Source of the DNA: Candidatus Saccharimonadia bacterium
GTDB lineage: Bacteria; Patescibacteriota; Saccharimonadia; Saccharimonadales; Saccharimonadaceae
NCBI GenBank assembly: GCA_023262335.1
Contig: JALRBE010000001.1
Coordinates: 1-53,137 of the forward strand
DNA length: 53,137 nt
Direction: 5' to 3'
A program made the translations under genes and the position numbers. This document shows, piece by piece, positions 26,347-35,180 of this stretch. The notes beneath the pieces were generated by a model that was not told the DNA's origin, did not search any database, and worked only from the letters and a program-made list of their open reading frames with translations. Each line of letters opens with the position of its first letter. Within the stretch, counting starts at the first letter, position 1.

Positions 26347-27456
26347 GTGATGAAGGATAACCATACCGACGACGAGAACAAGGTGTCGCTTTCTGCGACG
26401 GATAACACGGCAGATACCGAGCGGTCAGCTGCTTTCGCAGACAAGACGGAGAGTGCTGATGGTAGTGGCGCTGCTGCGATAGGCGACATGCCGGTGCCAC
26501 GCAAGCCGCAAAATCCAAAAAGAACAGGCATGATGATCATCGCGCTAGGGCTCTTCGTTATCATTGTCATCGCTATCGGCATTGTCATCGCGGTCTTCAT
26601 GTCAAAAGCAGAAAAGCACGCAAACGGCGATACCAGTCCGTTTGCCGAAACGACACGCTTCGCATCGCCTAAAGAACTGACGGCTGCCGTGGAGCCTGAT
26701 CTGCGCGGGGCGGTCGTCGCCGTTCAGGCGGCTACGGGAGTGAGTGCGGTCGATGGTGACGGTATCTACGCGTACGGCGCCCCCGCATATAAAGAGGGCG
26801 ACATGAAGTTCAACGTTCTGCCGCTTGCGATAACCGGGTCTGCGTACAAAAGCGATTTGGCTACCGCAAAAGCGAACTATGCTGCCCTCGAAAAGTTTTT
26901 CGAAACGAACAAATTCAAAAAGAAGTTTTCATCGACGAATGCTCCTGGTGCCGCATCGGATGTCGAGCAGGCCGTTAATTACGTTGCCTACGCGGAATAC
27001 GAGTCAAGCAATATTCTTTGCTCGATCCGTCATGCGGATGCCACGACGACGAAAGCGGCATCCCATATAGCGAGTATCGGTTGCGCGGACAAAGAAAGCT
27101 ACGGTCAGGCAGCGAAGGTGTTGCAGCCGTTCTACGCGGCGTATGTCGGTGCTGGCAGCGACGTATCAAAGAACCTGGTTTTCGGCTTCTTGAGGGAGAC
27201 GAGCGGGTCGGACGGTTATAAGCACACGGAGATTTATCAGGAAGATGACAATCAGTATGCAGAGGGCCAAGACGTCAAGCCGTTCACCGGCCTCTATTAT
27301 CAGCGGTCGGGCGACAAGGCGTGGACGTACTTCAGTATTACGCCAGTCGATACGACGCTGTACTGCGAGGCGTATACTACACCGGCCTTGAAGAGCGCCT
27401 TCAAGGGGTATGAGTGTTTCGATAACCCGTCTCAGCAGGATTCTGTCGTTAAGTAG
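26347..27456 (+). CDS. membrane-anchored hypothetical protein (acidic N-terminal tail, one TM, about 280-aa outside domain)
   Basis: TM helix MMIIALGLFVIIVIAIGIVIAVF. A GAGG Shine-Dalgarno lies upstream, with GTG 26347 / ATG 26350 directly after the RCC1 stop. No family recognised. Confidence 0.7.
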   Translation: MMKDNHTDDENKVSLSATDNTADTERSAAFADKTESADGSGAAAIGDMPVPRKPQNPKRTGMMIIALGLFVIIVIAIGIVIAVFMSKAEKHANGDTSPFAETTRFASPKELTAAVEPDLRGAVVAVQAATGVSAVDGDGIYAYGAPAYKEGDMKFNVLPLAITGSAYKSDLATAKANYAALEKFFETNKFKKKFSSTNAPGAASDVEQAVNYVAYAEYESSNILCSIRHADATTTKAASHIASIGCADKESYGQAAKVLQPFYAAYVGAGSDVSKNLVFGFLRETSGSDGYKHTEIYQEDDNQYAEGQDVKPFTGLYYQRSGDKAWTYFSITPVDTTLYCEAYTTPALKSAFKGYECFDNPSQQDSVVK

Positions 27457-27474
27457 CGGAGCTTGTGGCTTGCC

Positions 27475-27512
27475 ATAGAAATAACCGGTCATCAGCGACC
27501 GGTTATTTCTAT
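27475..27512. terminator. 16-bp perfect hairpin between convergent transcripts
   Basis: ATAGAAATAACCGGTC, loop ATCAGC, GACCGGTTATTTCTAT. It lies 19 nt after the + strand stop and abuts the 3' CCA of the minus-strand tRNA-Leu. Confidence 0.55.
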
Positions 27513-27598
27513 GGTGCGCGCGAGAGGACTTGAACCTCCACGTCCTTGCGAACACTAGCCCCTCAAGCTAGCCTGTCTACCAATTTCAGCACGCGCGC
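27512..27598 (-). tRNA. tRNA-Leu (anticodon GAG), class II, CCA encoded
   Basis: Hand-folded as GCGCGCG/TG/CTGA/AATTGGTAGA/CAGG/CTAGC-TTGAGGG-GCTAG/15-nt variable arm/GGAGG-TTCAAGT-CCTCT/CGCGCGC/ACCA. Total 87 nt. Confidence 0.9.
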
Positions 27599-27626
27599 TT
27601 AGTTACTCGGATGATTATACACTACA

Positions 27627-27655
27627 TTGCGGAGTTTTGCTATATCTGTTATAAT
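27627..27655 (+). promoter_or_regulatory. candidate typA promoter TTGCGG-17 nt-TATAAT
   Basis: TTGCGG at 27627-27632, a 17-nt spacer, and TATAAT at 27650-27655. Confidence 0.5.
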
Positions 27656-27692
27656 GCTTATCAAAGGAGCCCTGTAAACGGGCATTATTTTT

Positions 27693-29516
27693 ATGACAGA
27701 CCCTAAATTCATTCGTAACATCGCAATCATCGCGCACGTCGACCACGGCAAGACGACGCTCGTCGACGGACTACTCAAGCAATCGAATACGTTCCGCGAA
27801 AATCAAGCCGAGATGAGCCAGTCGCTCATTATGGACAGTGGCGACCAAGAGCATGAGCGCGGCATCACCATTACAGCCAAGCAGACGTCCATTTATCACG
27901 GCGACTACAAGATCAATATCATCGACACGCCAGGCCATGCCGATTTTAGCGGCGAGGTCGAGCGGACGCTGAACATGGCGGACGGCGTGCTGTTGATCGT
28001 TGACGCGCAGGAAGGGCCGATGCCACAAACCAAATTCGTGCTGTCAAAAGCGCTTGAACTCGGTCTCAAGCCTGTTGTCGTCATCAATAAGATCGACAAG
28101 CCGGCTCGCCGCATCGCTGAGGTCGAAGACGAGCTTGCGGACTTGTTCCTGGAGCTTGCGACCGACGATAGTCAGCTGCATTACCCCATTTATTACGCGA
28201 TCGGCCGAGAAGGCAAGGCGTGGACGTCCGTTCCGGAAAACCCAAGCGAGCATGCCGACCTGACTCCTGTGTTCGACGCGATCATCAACGACATCGCGGC
28301 ACCACGCGTCGACACCGACGGCGCGCTGCAGCTGCTCGTCACGAGCCTTCAGTACGACTCGTTCGTCGGCAAGTACGCCATCGGTCGCATCACCCGGGGT
28401 AGCGCCAAGCGCGGCCAGCAAATCGTATTGATCAAGCGCGAAGGCGAGCAAATAGCCGGCAAGATCGAAAAAGTATTCGGGTACCGTGGGCTCGCGCGCG
28501 AAGAAGTCGACGAGGCGAGCGCGGGCGATATCGTCGCGCTGACGGGCATTGCTGACGCGCACATCGGCGAAACGATCGCCGACAAAGAAAACCCCGAAGC
28601 GTTACCGACCATCGACATCGAGGCGCCGACCATCAGCATGTACCTCGGTCCGAACACGAGCCCTATGAAGGGCCGCGAGGGCGAGTTCAATACCTCGCGC
28701 CAAATCGGCGACCGCCTGAAAAAAGAGATCGAAACGAATGTCAGTCTTCGCGTCGAAGAAAACGGCATCGGTTTTACGGTTTCCGGCCGTGGCGAACTGC
28801 ATCTCAGCGTGCTTATCGAAACGTTGCGCCGCGAAGGCTACGAATTCGAAGTCGGTCGTCCGCAAGTCGTGACGATCGAAGAAGACGGCGTCACCAAAGA
28901 GCCGGTCGAAGAGCTTTTGATCGAAGTCGGTCCGGAATTCGTGGGTGCGATCAGCCAGGAGCTCGGAACCCGGCGCGCCGAAATGCGCGGCCAGGAGACC
29001 ACTTCCAGCGGCACCGCGCGTCTCGGTTATATTCTGCCAACCCGCGCGTTGATTGGCCTGCGCAACATCTTGCTGACCGCGACCAAGGGAACCGTTATCA
29101 TGAACAGCCTGCCGCACGGCTATCAGCCCATGAGTGGCAAGTTGCCACAGTCGCGTAACGGCGTGCTGATCGCTTTCGAAGCTGGCACGACGACTCCGTA
29201 CGCGCTCCAAGCCGCCGAAGCCCGCGGCGAACTGTACGTCGGTCCTGGCGTCGAAGTCTACGCAGGCATGGTTATCGGCTTGAACCGTCGCCAAGAAGAC
29301 ATGGAAATCAACGTCTGCAAAGCCAAGCATCTTACCAACATGCGTTCGAGCAGCAGCGACGGCGTCGTGCAGCTGACACCATTCACTGACCTCAGCCTTG
29401 AGCAGTGCATCGACTTCATCGAAGATGACGAGCTACTTGAAGTAACGCCGAAAAGCCTGCGTCTCCGCAAGCGGGAACTTGACCCGAACAAGCGAAAGCG
29501 CGCCGCGAAGCAGTAG
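27693..29516 (+). CDS. typA: translational GTPase TypA/BipA
   Basis: [27 protein letters not shown] and NKID motifs with full-length BipA architecture (607 aa). Confidence 0.95.
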   Translation: MTDPKFIRNIAIIAHVDHGKTTLVDGLLKQSNTFRENQAEMSQSLIMDSGDQEHERGITITAKQTSIYHGDYKINIIDTPGHADFSGEVERTLNMADGVLLIVDAQEGPMPQTKFVLSKALELGLKPVVVINKIDKPARRIAEVEDELADLFLELATDDSQLHYPIYYAIGREGKAWTSVPENPSEHADLTPVFDAIINDIAAPRVDTDGALQLLVTSLQYDSFVGKYAIGRITRGSAKRGQQIVLIKREGEQIAGKIEKVFGYRGLAREEVDEASAGDIVALTGIADAHIGETIADKENPEALPTIDIEAPTISMYLGPNTSPMKGREGEFNTSRQIGDRLKKEIETNVSLRVEENGIGFTVSGRGELHLSVLIETLRREGYEFEVGRPQVVTIEEDGVTKEPVEELLIEVGPEFVGAISQELGTRRAEMRGQETTSSGTARLGYILPTRALIGLRNILLTATKGTVIMNSLPHGYQPMSGKLPQSRNGVLIAFEAGTTTPYALQAAEARGELYVGPGVEVYAGMVIGLNRRQEDMEINVCKAKHLTNMRSSSSDGVVQLTPFTDLSLEQCIDFIEDDELLEVTPKSLRLRKRELDPNKRKRAAKQ

Positions 29517-29530
29517 TATATACTGAAGTC

Positions 29531-30067
29531 ATGAGCGATACGTACGCGAACGTTTATGACGACGGGACGATAAGGATCGACAGGTCGGAGCATGGCTGGC
29601 ATTTGCAAACCTTGCCGGCTGTTACTACACTGCTCGTGACCGAAAACTGCAAGATCGTCGTTATCAAAGAAAAGAAGGATTCGACGGGCCGCTGGGTCGT
29701 GAACTGCCCGGGCGGCATGATAGAGCAGGGCGAATCGTCGGAAGCCGCAGCTGCCAGAGAGGCCGAAGAAGAGACGGGATTGGTCCCAACGAAACTCACG
29801 AAATTCGCGACGGTACGAACGGACTTTCCTGACACGTACGTCGATTATTATTTGGGTGGTAACCTGCGGCAAGGCCAGAAGGCGTCGTGGGTCATTGCGG
29901 GCGACGAAGAAATAGAGTCCGCGAAGGAATATAGCTGGAACGAGGTGTATGAAATGGCGCTCGCCACCGAATTTCACGATCCAAGGCTCTGCGTCGCGGT
30001 ACTGCAGCTGGCAAGACAGCCGGAGTTACTGCGGGATTTCGGACTGTTGGACGGAGACGGCGCATGA
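29531..30067 (+). CDS. NUDIX hydrolase
   Basis: Nudix box GGMIEQGESSEAAAAREAEEETG. The ATG is 6 nt after TATACT (29519-29524). Confidence 0.8.
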   Translation: MSDTYANVYDDGTIRIDRSEHGWHLQTLPAVTTLLVTENCKIVVIKEKKDSTGRWVVNCPGGMIEQGESSEAAAAREAEEETGLVPTKLTKFATVRTDFPDTYVDYYLGGNLRQGQKASWVIAGDEEIESAKEYSWNEVYEMALATEFHDPRLCVAVLQLARQPELLRDFGLLDGDGA

Positions 30068-30480
30068 ACGGGAGCTACCCGAACGCGTTCTACAGGGCGA
30101 GCGTCAAAGCGTTCGTGTATGATGCTGACGGCAAGGTGCTCGCAGTCAAGGAAAACGGCGACAAATGGAGCTTGCCGGGCGGTGGCGTTGATCACGGCGA
30201 AACGCCGCTTGAGGCGCTCAAGCGCGAACTTGCCGAAGAGCTCGGCATGACGGACGCATTCACTGCTGAATTCGTTGGCGTCGATACGTATTTTTACGAG
30301 CCGAAAGACGCGTGGCTGATGTGGATCATGTACGAGCTGAAATTCCAAAAGCCCTATGCGTACGGCGTGACCGACGAAATCGGTGATGCGCAGTTCATCG
30401 AGCCGAGTTATTTCGAGGAAAAACAGCTGCCGTACCAAAAAGTCATAAACAAATGGATAAAGAAGAAATCTCCGCGCTAG
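30064..30480 (+). CDS. NUDIX hydrolase
   Basis: Nudix box GGGVDHGETPLEALKRELAEELG. ATGA overlap with the upstream NUDIX gene. Confidence 0.8.
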   Translation: MNGSYPNAFYRASVKAFVYDADGKVLAVKENGDKWSLPGGGVDHGETPLEALKRELAEELGMTDAFTAEFVGVDTYFYEPKDAWLMWIMYELKFQKPYAYGVTDEIGDAQFIEPSYFEEKQLPYQKVINKWIKKKSPR

Positions 30481-30493
30481 GGCGGAGATTTCT
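30464..30493. terminator. 12-bp hairpin shared by convergent transcripts
   Basis: AGAAATCTCCGC, 6-nt loop, GCGGAGATTTCT. The NUDIX stop codon sits in the loop. The hairpin lies 9 nt beyond the stop of the minus-strand 23-codon ORF. Confidence 0.6.
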
Positions 30494-30501
30494 CTTGTCG
30501 T

Positions 30502-30573
30502 TTAGAACCTGTGGCTCAAAAAAGTGCTTCCTTCTTTGATCGGTATGCAGTTCGTTTTGTAAAGGCCATTCAT
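30502..30573 (-). CDS. unannotated 23-codon ORF MNGLYKTNCIPIKEGSTFLSHRF (small protein, or coding part of a small RNA)
   Basis: The ATG at 30573 is preceded by AAGGAAGG (30579-30586) at 5-nt spacing. A consensus promoter lies upstream and a hairpin terminator downstream. Below the track size cut-off, and no homology recognised. Confidence 0.45.
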   Translation of the reverse strand: MNGLYKTNCIPIKEGSTFLSHRF

Positions 30574-30632
30574 ATGATCCTTCCTTGTTTATGTTTGGTG
30601 GTTTTTTGTTTGTCTTATTCAAGACTAATTAC

Positions 30633-30661
30633 ATAATAGCATAAGCTTTACAATTTGTCAA
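30633..30661 (-). promoter_or_regulatory. near-consensus promoter TTGACA-17 nt-TATTAT
   Basis: On the minus strand TTGACA is at 30656-30661, followed by a 17-nt spacer and TATTAT at 30633-30638. It is back-to-back with the trehalase promoter. Confidence 0.6.
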
Positions 30662-30680
30662 CAATTTTGTTAATAAATAT

Positions 30681-30709
30681 TTGCTTGTACTTACCATAAC
30701 CCCTATAAT
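30681..30709 (+). promoter_or_regulatory. trehalase promoter TTGCTT-17 nt-TATAAT
   Basis: TTGCTT at 30681-30686, a 17-nt spacer, TATAAT at 30704-30709, and the ATG 9 nt later. Confidence 0.6.
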
Positions 30710-30718
30710 AACCAGGAA

Positions 30719-32326
30719 ATGGTGGCAAAAAAAATTCCTAAGATTCGGCTGAAGGTCCCTCGTGAGGAGCAGTTGAAGTCGGCGCTCGTGATAACCGCGG
30801 GCGCGCTGATGCTTACGAAATCCAGTCCCGACGACGCTCTCGGAGAGCTTTTCTCCGCGGTGCAGCTTCACCAGGTGTACGACGACGGCAAAACGTTCAT
30901 CGACCTTATCCCACGTGGTCGGATCAAGCAAATAAAAAAGGAATATGAGCTGGAGCGTGCCGATCCTCACTTTGATCTGCACGAGTTCGTGAACCGGCAT
31001 TTTTACGCGTTCGAACATTCGTCGCCGCTCTATCATTCGGACGCTTCCAAGACTCCGCGTGAACATATTACCGAGCTATGGAAAGTACTCGAACGTCGCA
31101 ACCGTCGTGACCGCGGATCGTTGATCGCCATTCCGTACCCGTACGTAGTTCCTGGCGGCAGGTTCTCGGAGCAATTCTACTGGGACAGCTATTTCATCAT
31201 GCTCGGCTTGGAGGTTGACGGCCGCTGGGACATGATCGACAACATGATGAAGAATTACGCGTACATGCTGCGCAAGTTCCAGTTCATTCCCACGGCGAAC
31301 CGCACGTACTTCTTGTCGCGCAGCCAGCCGCCGTTCTTCAGCCATATGGTCAAGCTGCTCGCGAGGCATAAGAACTCCAGGTTGACCATGCTCGAGTATT
31401 TGCCGTATTTGCTGACGGAATACCGGTTTTGGGTGAAGGGGCGCCGACGGCTCAGCGGAGAAGACGACGTGGCCGCGCTGCGACGGCTCGTGCGGTTACC
31501 GGACGGTGCTATCATGGGCCGTTATTTCGACGACAAGTCGACGCCGCGGCCTGAATCGCTACGCGAAGACGTCGAAACGGTCGAACGCTCGAATCATACC
31601 GATAACGAAAAGATGTATCTTGACCTTCGCGCGGGCGCCGAAAGCGGATGGGACTTCAGTAGCCGCTGGTTCAGGGATCCGCAGGACATCAGTACGATCC
31701 ACACGACCGACATGGTGGCGATCGATCTCAACTGCTTGCTGTATCACCTGGAGTCGACGATCGCCGAAACCTACGAGTCGATGTATCAGCCGCTGCTGGC
31801 GCGCAAGTTCCGCAAGTACGCCGAAAAGCGCAAGGCCGCGATAAACAAGTACCTTTGGGATGAGAACGAAGAGTTCTTCATGGATTACGACTTTCGCGAA
31901 GGCAAAACGACCGGCCGCGTGACGCTTGCGGGCGTGTTCCCGTTGTTTACGAAAATCGCGACCGAGGCACAAGCCAAAGTCGTGGCGCAGCGGCTTGAAA
32001 GCGATTTTTTGAAGAAGGGCGGCCTGACGACGACGCTCATAGAAAACGGCCAGCAATGGGACGCGCCGAACGGTTGGGCGCCGCTGCAGTGGGTGGCCAT
32101 CCAGGGTCTGCGCAATTATGGGTACCATGGCCTGGCGGACCGCATAAAGGATGCATGGGTCACGACCAATCTTGCCGTTTACGAACGCGAAGCGAAAATG
32201 GTCGAAAAGTACAATGTGGCGCAGCCAAACAAGCTCGGCGGCGGCGGCGAGTACGTCCTGCAAGACGGTTTTGGGTGGACTAACGGCGTGCTGGCCACGC
32301 TGCTGAGCGAAGACGAAAAGAATTAG
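30719..32326 (+). CDS. alpha,alpha-trehalase (GH37)
   Basis: Both GH37 signatures are present: PGGRFSEQFYWDSYF and QWDAPNGWAPLQW. 535 aa. Confidence 0.9.
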   Translation: MVAKKIPKIRLKVPREEQLKSALVITAGALMLTKSSPDDALGELFSAVQLHQVYDDGKTFIDLIPRGRIKQIKKEYELERADPHFDLHEFVNRHFYAFEHSSPLYHSDASKTPREHITELWKVLERRNRRDRGSLIAIPYPYVVPGGRFSEQFYWDSYFIMLGLEVDGRWDMIDNMMKNYAYMLRKFQFIPTANRTYFLSRSQPPFFSHMVKLLARHKNSRLTMLEYLPYLLTEYRFWVKGRRRLSGEDDVAALRRLVRLPDGAIMGRYFDDKSTPRPESLREDVETVERSNHTDNEKMYLDLRAGAESGWDFSSRWFRDPQDISTIHTTDMVAIDLNCLLYHLESTIAETYESMYQPLLARKFRKYAEKRKAAINKYLWDENEEFFMDYDFREGKTTGRVTLAGVFPLFTKIATEAQAKVVAQRLESDFLKKGGLTTTLIENGQQWDAPNGWAPLQWVAIQGLRNYGYHGLADRIKDAWVTTNLAVYEREAKMVEKYNVAQPNKLGGGGEYVLQDGFGWTNGVLATLLSEDEKN

Positions 32327-33876
32327 CCTAGTACTTGGTCGGGTAAGAGCTTGGCAGCGCCGAGGCGCTTTTTGATGGCGAGGATCGCGGCGACAGTCCA
32401 TGCCTGCACCTCTTGGGGTGGTTGCTCCAGCTTGTTGATCCGTTGGTTGCCTTCGTCCCACAAGGTGATTTCCGCGGTATTGATCCAGGGAGTTTCGTCG
32501 TCGTCGCCACGAACGTATTCGGGGAATATTTTCGTCGCTTCTATGACGCCGAGCAGCCTCCGATCAAGATCGTCGGCTTCGATGTCATAGCCATGATGTC
32601 GTAAGCCTTTGGCGATATGGTGCGTGTCCCATAGCCATACGCTGCCGTTATGGTACGCTCCGGGTCGGAAGCGTACTTCGTCATTGGCGAGGGTCCGTAT
32701 GCCACTCGCGTTCAGCATCGATGGCGACAGTACGTGCCTGACAACGGCTTTGCGCATGCGCACGATCTGCGGGTCGTCGCCATTGAGGAGGCGTGAATTG
32801 AGCGTATGGCCCATGTTCGAAGTCCTGATTTTCATTTGTCGCATGTGGCCATTCTCGTCGCGATCCGTTCCAAGCACGAAATAGCCGCCCTTGTCGTCCG
32901 TCCAAAAAAGGGCAAGAATTGTTTCTTTCAGGCGTCGGGCATGGTCACGCAGGTCGTTCGCTCGGCTGGTGTCCATGAGTACGTTGTCGTACAGGTATGC
33001 GGCATCAAGAAGGGCGTCGTACGCGGTAACCTGCACTTCGATCGAAGCGATGCCTTGGTCGTGGTTGGCAAGCGTGCCGTCGCTATGGTGGTACGCGTCC
33101 CAAGAATCTTTCCAGACTTGGTTTTCGATGCCTTTTGGCAGCACGGATTTATACTCAAGCAGGCCTTCCGCGTTGCTGTCGAGCCGTCGCAGAATCCAGT
33201 CGACTGCCGTGTCGAGCGCATAGGCCATTTGGTGTGTCTCGCCGCTGCGATCGACGTATTCGTGCGAAAGGAATTGCAAGTTCTCTTCGGTACGACGGCA
33301 GTATGCAGCCATGGTGCGAATGAATTCGGGCGTCGCGTCGACCGAACCGTAGTACGGCCAACCCCAACCGAGCCGCTCGCTGAGGTCCTGGGCGATCGGG
33401 TCGTTTTGGTCGCGCGCTTCGTGGACGATGCGCCCCGGTTCTTCTTCGCGCTCGGTCACGTAGTCCATCCCTTGGAGCTCGGCGAGTTTCGTCAACGTCG
33501 CCCTCGCGAGTTCAGGGTAGCTGGGAATAAGTTCTATTGCGACGCGGAGCGAATCGCGGCCGAACAAGGTTTCGTAGAGCCGTAGATGTTCCGGTGCGGG
33601 CAACGTGTCCTGCTGCGTGCTCAGCGGCGACTCGCCTTCGGGTGCGGACGTCCGAACGCTGACGTCGAACGCGAGCGATGCGACGCTCGGGCCGTTCTCT
33701 CCGATCTCGTGCGGGGAGTCGGCGTTCGTCAGGCGCATCATTTGTTGCAAGCTCGACGGCGTTTCGTTGTATATGCGAAAAGCATGCGGAACGATGTCCA
33801 CGATGCTTTCGCCCTCAAGCAGCTTCAATTCGGTCAGTATGTCGAAGCGTCGCATGATTTGTTCTGCTCGGTCCAT
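32323..33876 (-). CDS. (alpha/alpha)6-barrel glycoside hydrolase, amylo-alpha-1,6-glucosidase (GDE_C)-like
   Basis: 517 aa. LFGRDSL and later GSVWLWDT motifs resemble glycogen-debranching-like enzymes. The ATG is 7 nt after TACAAT (33884-33889). Confidence 0.65.
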   Translation of the reverse strand: MDRAEQIMRRFDILTELKLLEGESIVDIVPHAFRIYNETPSSLQQMMRLTNADSPHEIGENGPSVASLAFDVSVRTSAPEGESPLSTQQDTLPAPEHLRLYETLFGRDSLRVAIELIPSYPELARATLTKLAELQGMDYVTEREEEPGRIVHEARDQNDPIAQDLSERLGWGWPYYGSVDATPEFIRTMAAYCRRTEENLQFLSHEYVDRSGETHQMAYALDTAVDWILRRLDSNAEGLLEYKSVLPKGIENQVWKDSWDAYHHSDGTLANHDQGIASIEVQVTAYDALLDAAYLYDNVLMDTSRANDLRDHARRLKETILALFWTDDKGGYFVLGTDRDENGHMRQMKIRTSNMGHTLNSRLLNGDDPQIVRMRKAVVRHVLSPSMLNASGIRTLANDEVRFRPGAYHNGSVWLWDTHHIAKGLRHHGYDIEADDLDRRLLGVIEATKIFPEYVRGDDDETPWINTAEITLWDEGNQRINKLEQPPQEVQAWTVAAILAIKKRLGAAKLLPDQVLG

Positions 33877-33980
33877 ACTACTTATTGTAAACGTCCTGAC
33901 ATATCATTCAAGACGGGATATAATCATAGTATATATGCTGCGTTATCATGCGATGGCTTTGACGAAGGAGATCCGAGAAC

Positions 33981-35180
33981 ATGCGTAAGCTGCGCGTCGC
34001 GGTCGTCGCGCCTCCATGGTTGCCGATGCCCATCAAAGGCTACGGCGGTATCGAATTGGTCGTCGAAGGGCTGGTTGCCGGACTGAAGAACCAGGGAGTG
34101 GATGTCGAGCTGTTCGCGAACGGCGCCACGACTATCAAGGGCGTCAAGACCCATTCGTTATTCAAAACCGAGCAGTTCGGTCACATTTACGAGCCGTACT
34201 ACGAATCGTTCCCTATCGTGCAGGCGCACCTCATGTTCGCGTACAATCATATAAAAGCCGACGGCAATTTCGATATCATCCATAGCAACGTGCCGCATGT
34301 CGGCCCGGCGTTCTGGCCGATGGCGTCGCGCGATCCCGACCTCCCGCCCATTCTCGGCACGTTCCATGGGCCGCCGTTCACTGCCGCTACCAAGCACGAT
34401 GTCGGCTCGACGTACAATACCGCCGATTTGGAGCAAACGAAGGATTTCGGTTCGTATTACGCGACCTGCATTTCTGACGCCATGACCGCGACCGTTCCAA
34501 AGAACATAAAATCGCACATGTTGCCAGCGGTTCATAACGCTATCAATCCTCAGCATTTCCCGTTCGTCGCCGACAAAAAGCAGTACTTCATAACGCTGGC
34601 TCGGTTCGCGCCGTACAAAGGCCAGCACATTGCCGTCGAGGCGGCGATCAAGTTGAAGAAGCGCCTACGCATGGCTGGCGTCGTATCTGACATCGCCTCA
34701 AGCCGTAAGTTGCTGCTCGAACTCGCGAATCCGCTCAGCTCGTACAGGAGCGATCCGCAGTTCCGTTATTACAGTGACAAGATCTTGCCGTCGGTACTAC
34801 GGTACAGGTACATAACGTATTCCGGAAACCTAAGCGGTCGTCGCAAAATGAAGTTCTTGTCAGAAGCGAAAGCGTTATTGTTCCCGATCGAGTGGGACGA
34901 ACCGTTTGGCATGTCGGTCATCGAAGCGCTGGCGTGCGGAACACCGGTAATTGCCATGAACCGCGGCGCGATGCCCGAAATCATCGAGCACGGCGTCACG
35001 GGCTTTCTTGCCAACGACGAGGATGAGTTCGTGAAGTATATGCGCCGCATCGACGAAATCGACCCGGCCGCGTGCCGCGCGTCCGTCGAAAAGCGATTTT
35101 CCGCTGACGCCATGGCAAAGGAATACGTCAAGCGCTACGAAGAAGTGATACGCCGACACAAGCGACGGTCTAAAGCGTGA
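33981..35180 (+). CDS. glycosyltransferase family 4
   Basis: N-terminal GYGGIE and C-terminal EPFGMSVIEALACGTPVIA (E-x7-E region) typical of GT4/GT-B enzymes. A GAAGGAG Shine-Dalgarno lies upstream, with TATAAT at 33919-33924. Confidence 0.85.
   Translation: MRKLRVAVVAPPWLPMPIKGYGGIELVVEGLVAGLKNQGVDVELFANGATTIKGVKTHSLFKTEQFGHIYEPYYESFPIVQAHLMFAYNHIKADGNFDIIHSNVPHVGPAFWPMASRDPDLPPILGTFHGPPFTAATKHDVGSTYNTADLEQTKDFGSYYATCISDAMTATVPKNIKSHMLPAVHNAINPQHFPFVADKKQYFITLARFAPYKGQHIAVEAAIKLKKRLRMAGVVSDIASSRKLLLELANPLSSYRSDPQFRYYSDKILPSVLRYRYITYSGNLSGRRKMKFLSEAKALLFPIEWDEPFGMSVIEALACGTPVIAMNRGAMPEIIEHGVTGFLANDEDEFVKYMRRIDEIDPAACRASVEKRFSADAMAKEYVKRYEEVIRRHKRRSKA

Noticed and set aside
27656-27692. A distant AAGGAG (27664-27669) lies 23 nt before the typA ATG, with a small hairpin GCCC-tgtaaac-GGGC between them that could bring the two closer.
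   Set aside because: The stem is only 4 bp and the arrangement could be coincidental. There is not enough evidence to call a regulatory element.
30574-30636. A 20-codon Cys-rich hydrophobic ORF on the + strand (MILPCLCLVVFCLSYSRLIT), a possible type I toxin.
   Set aside because: No -10 box or Shine-Dalgarno sequence precedes it. It lies antisense to the leader of the much better supported minus-strand small gene, so it is probably a chance ORF in T-rich sequence.
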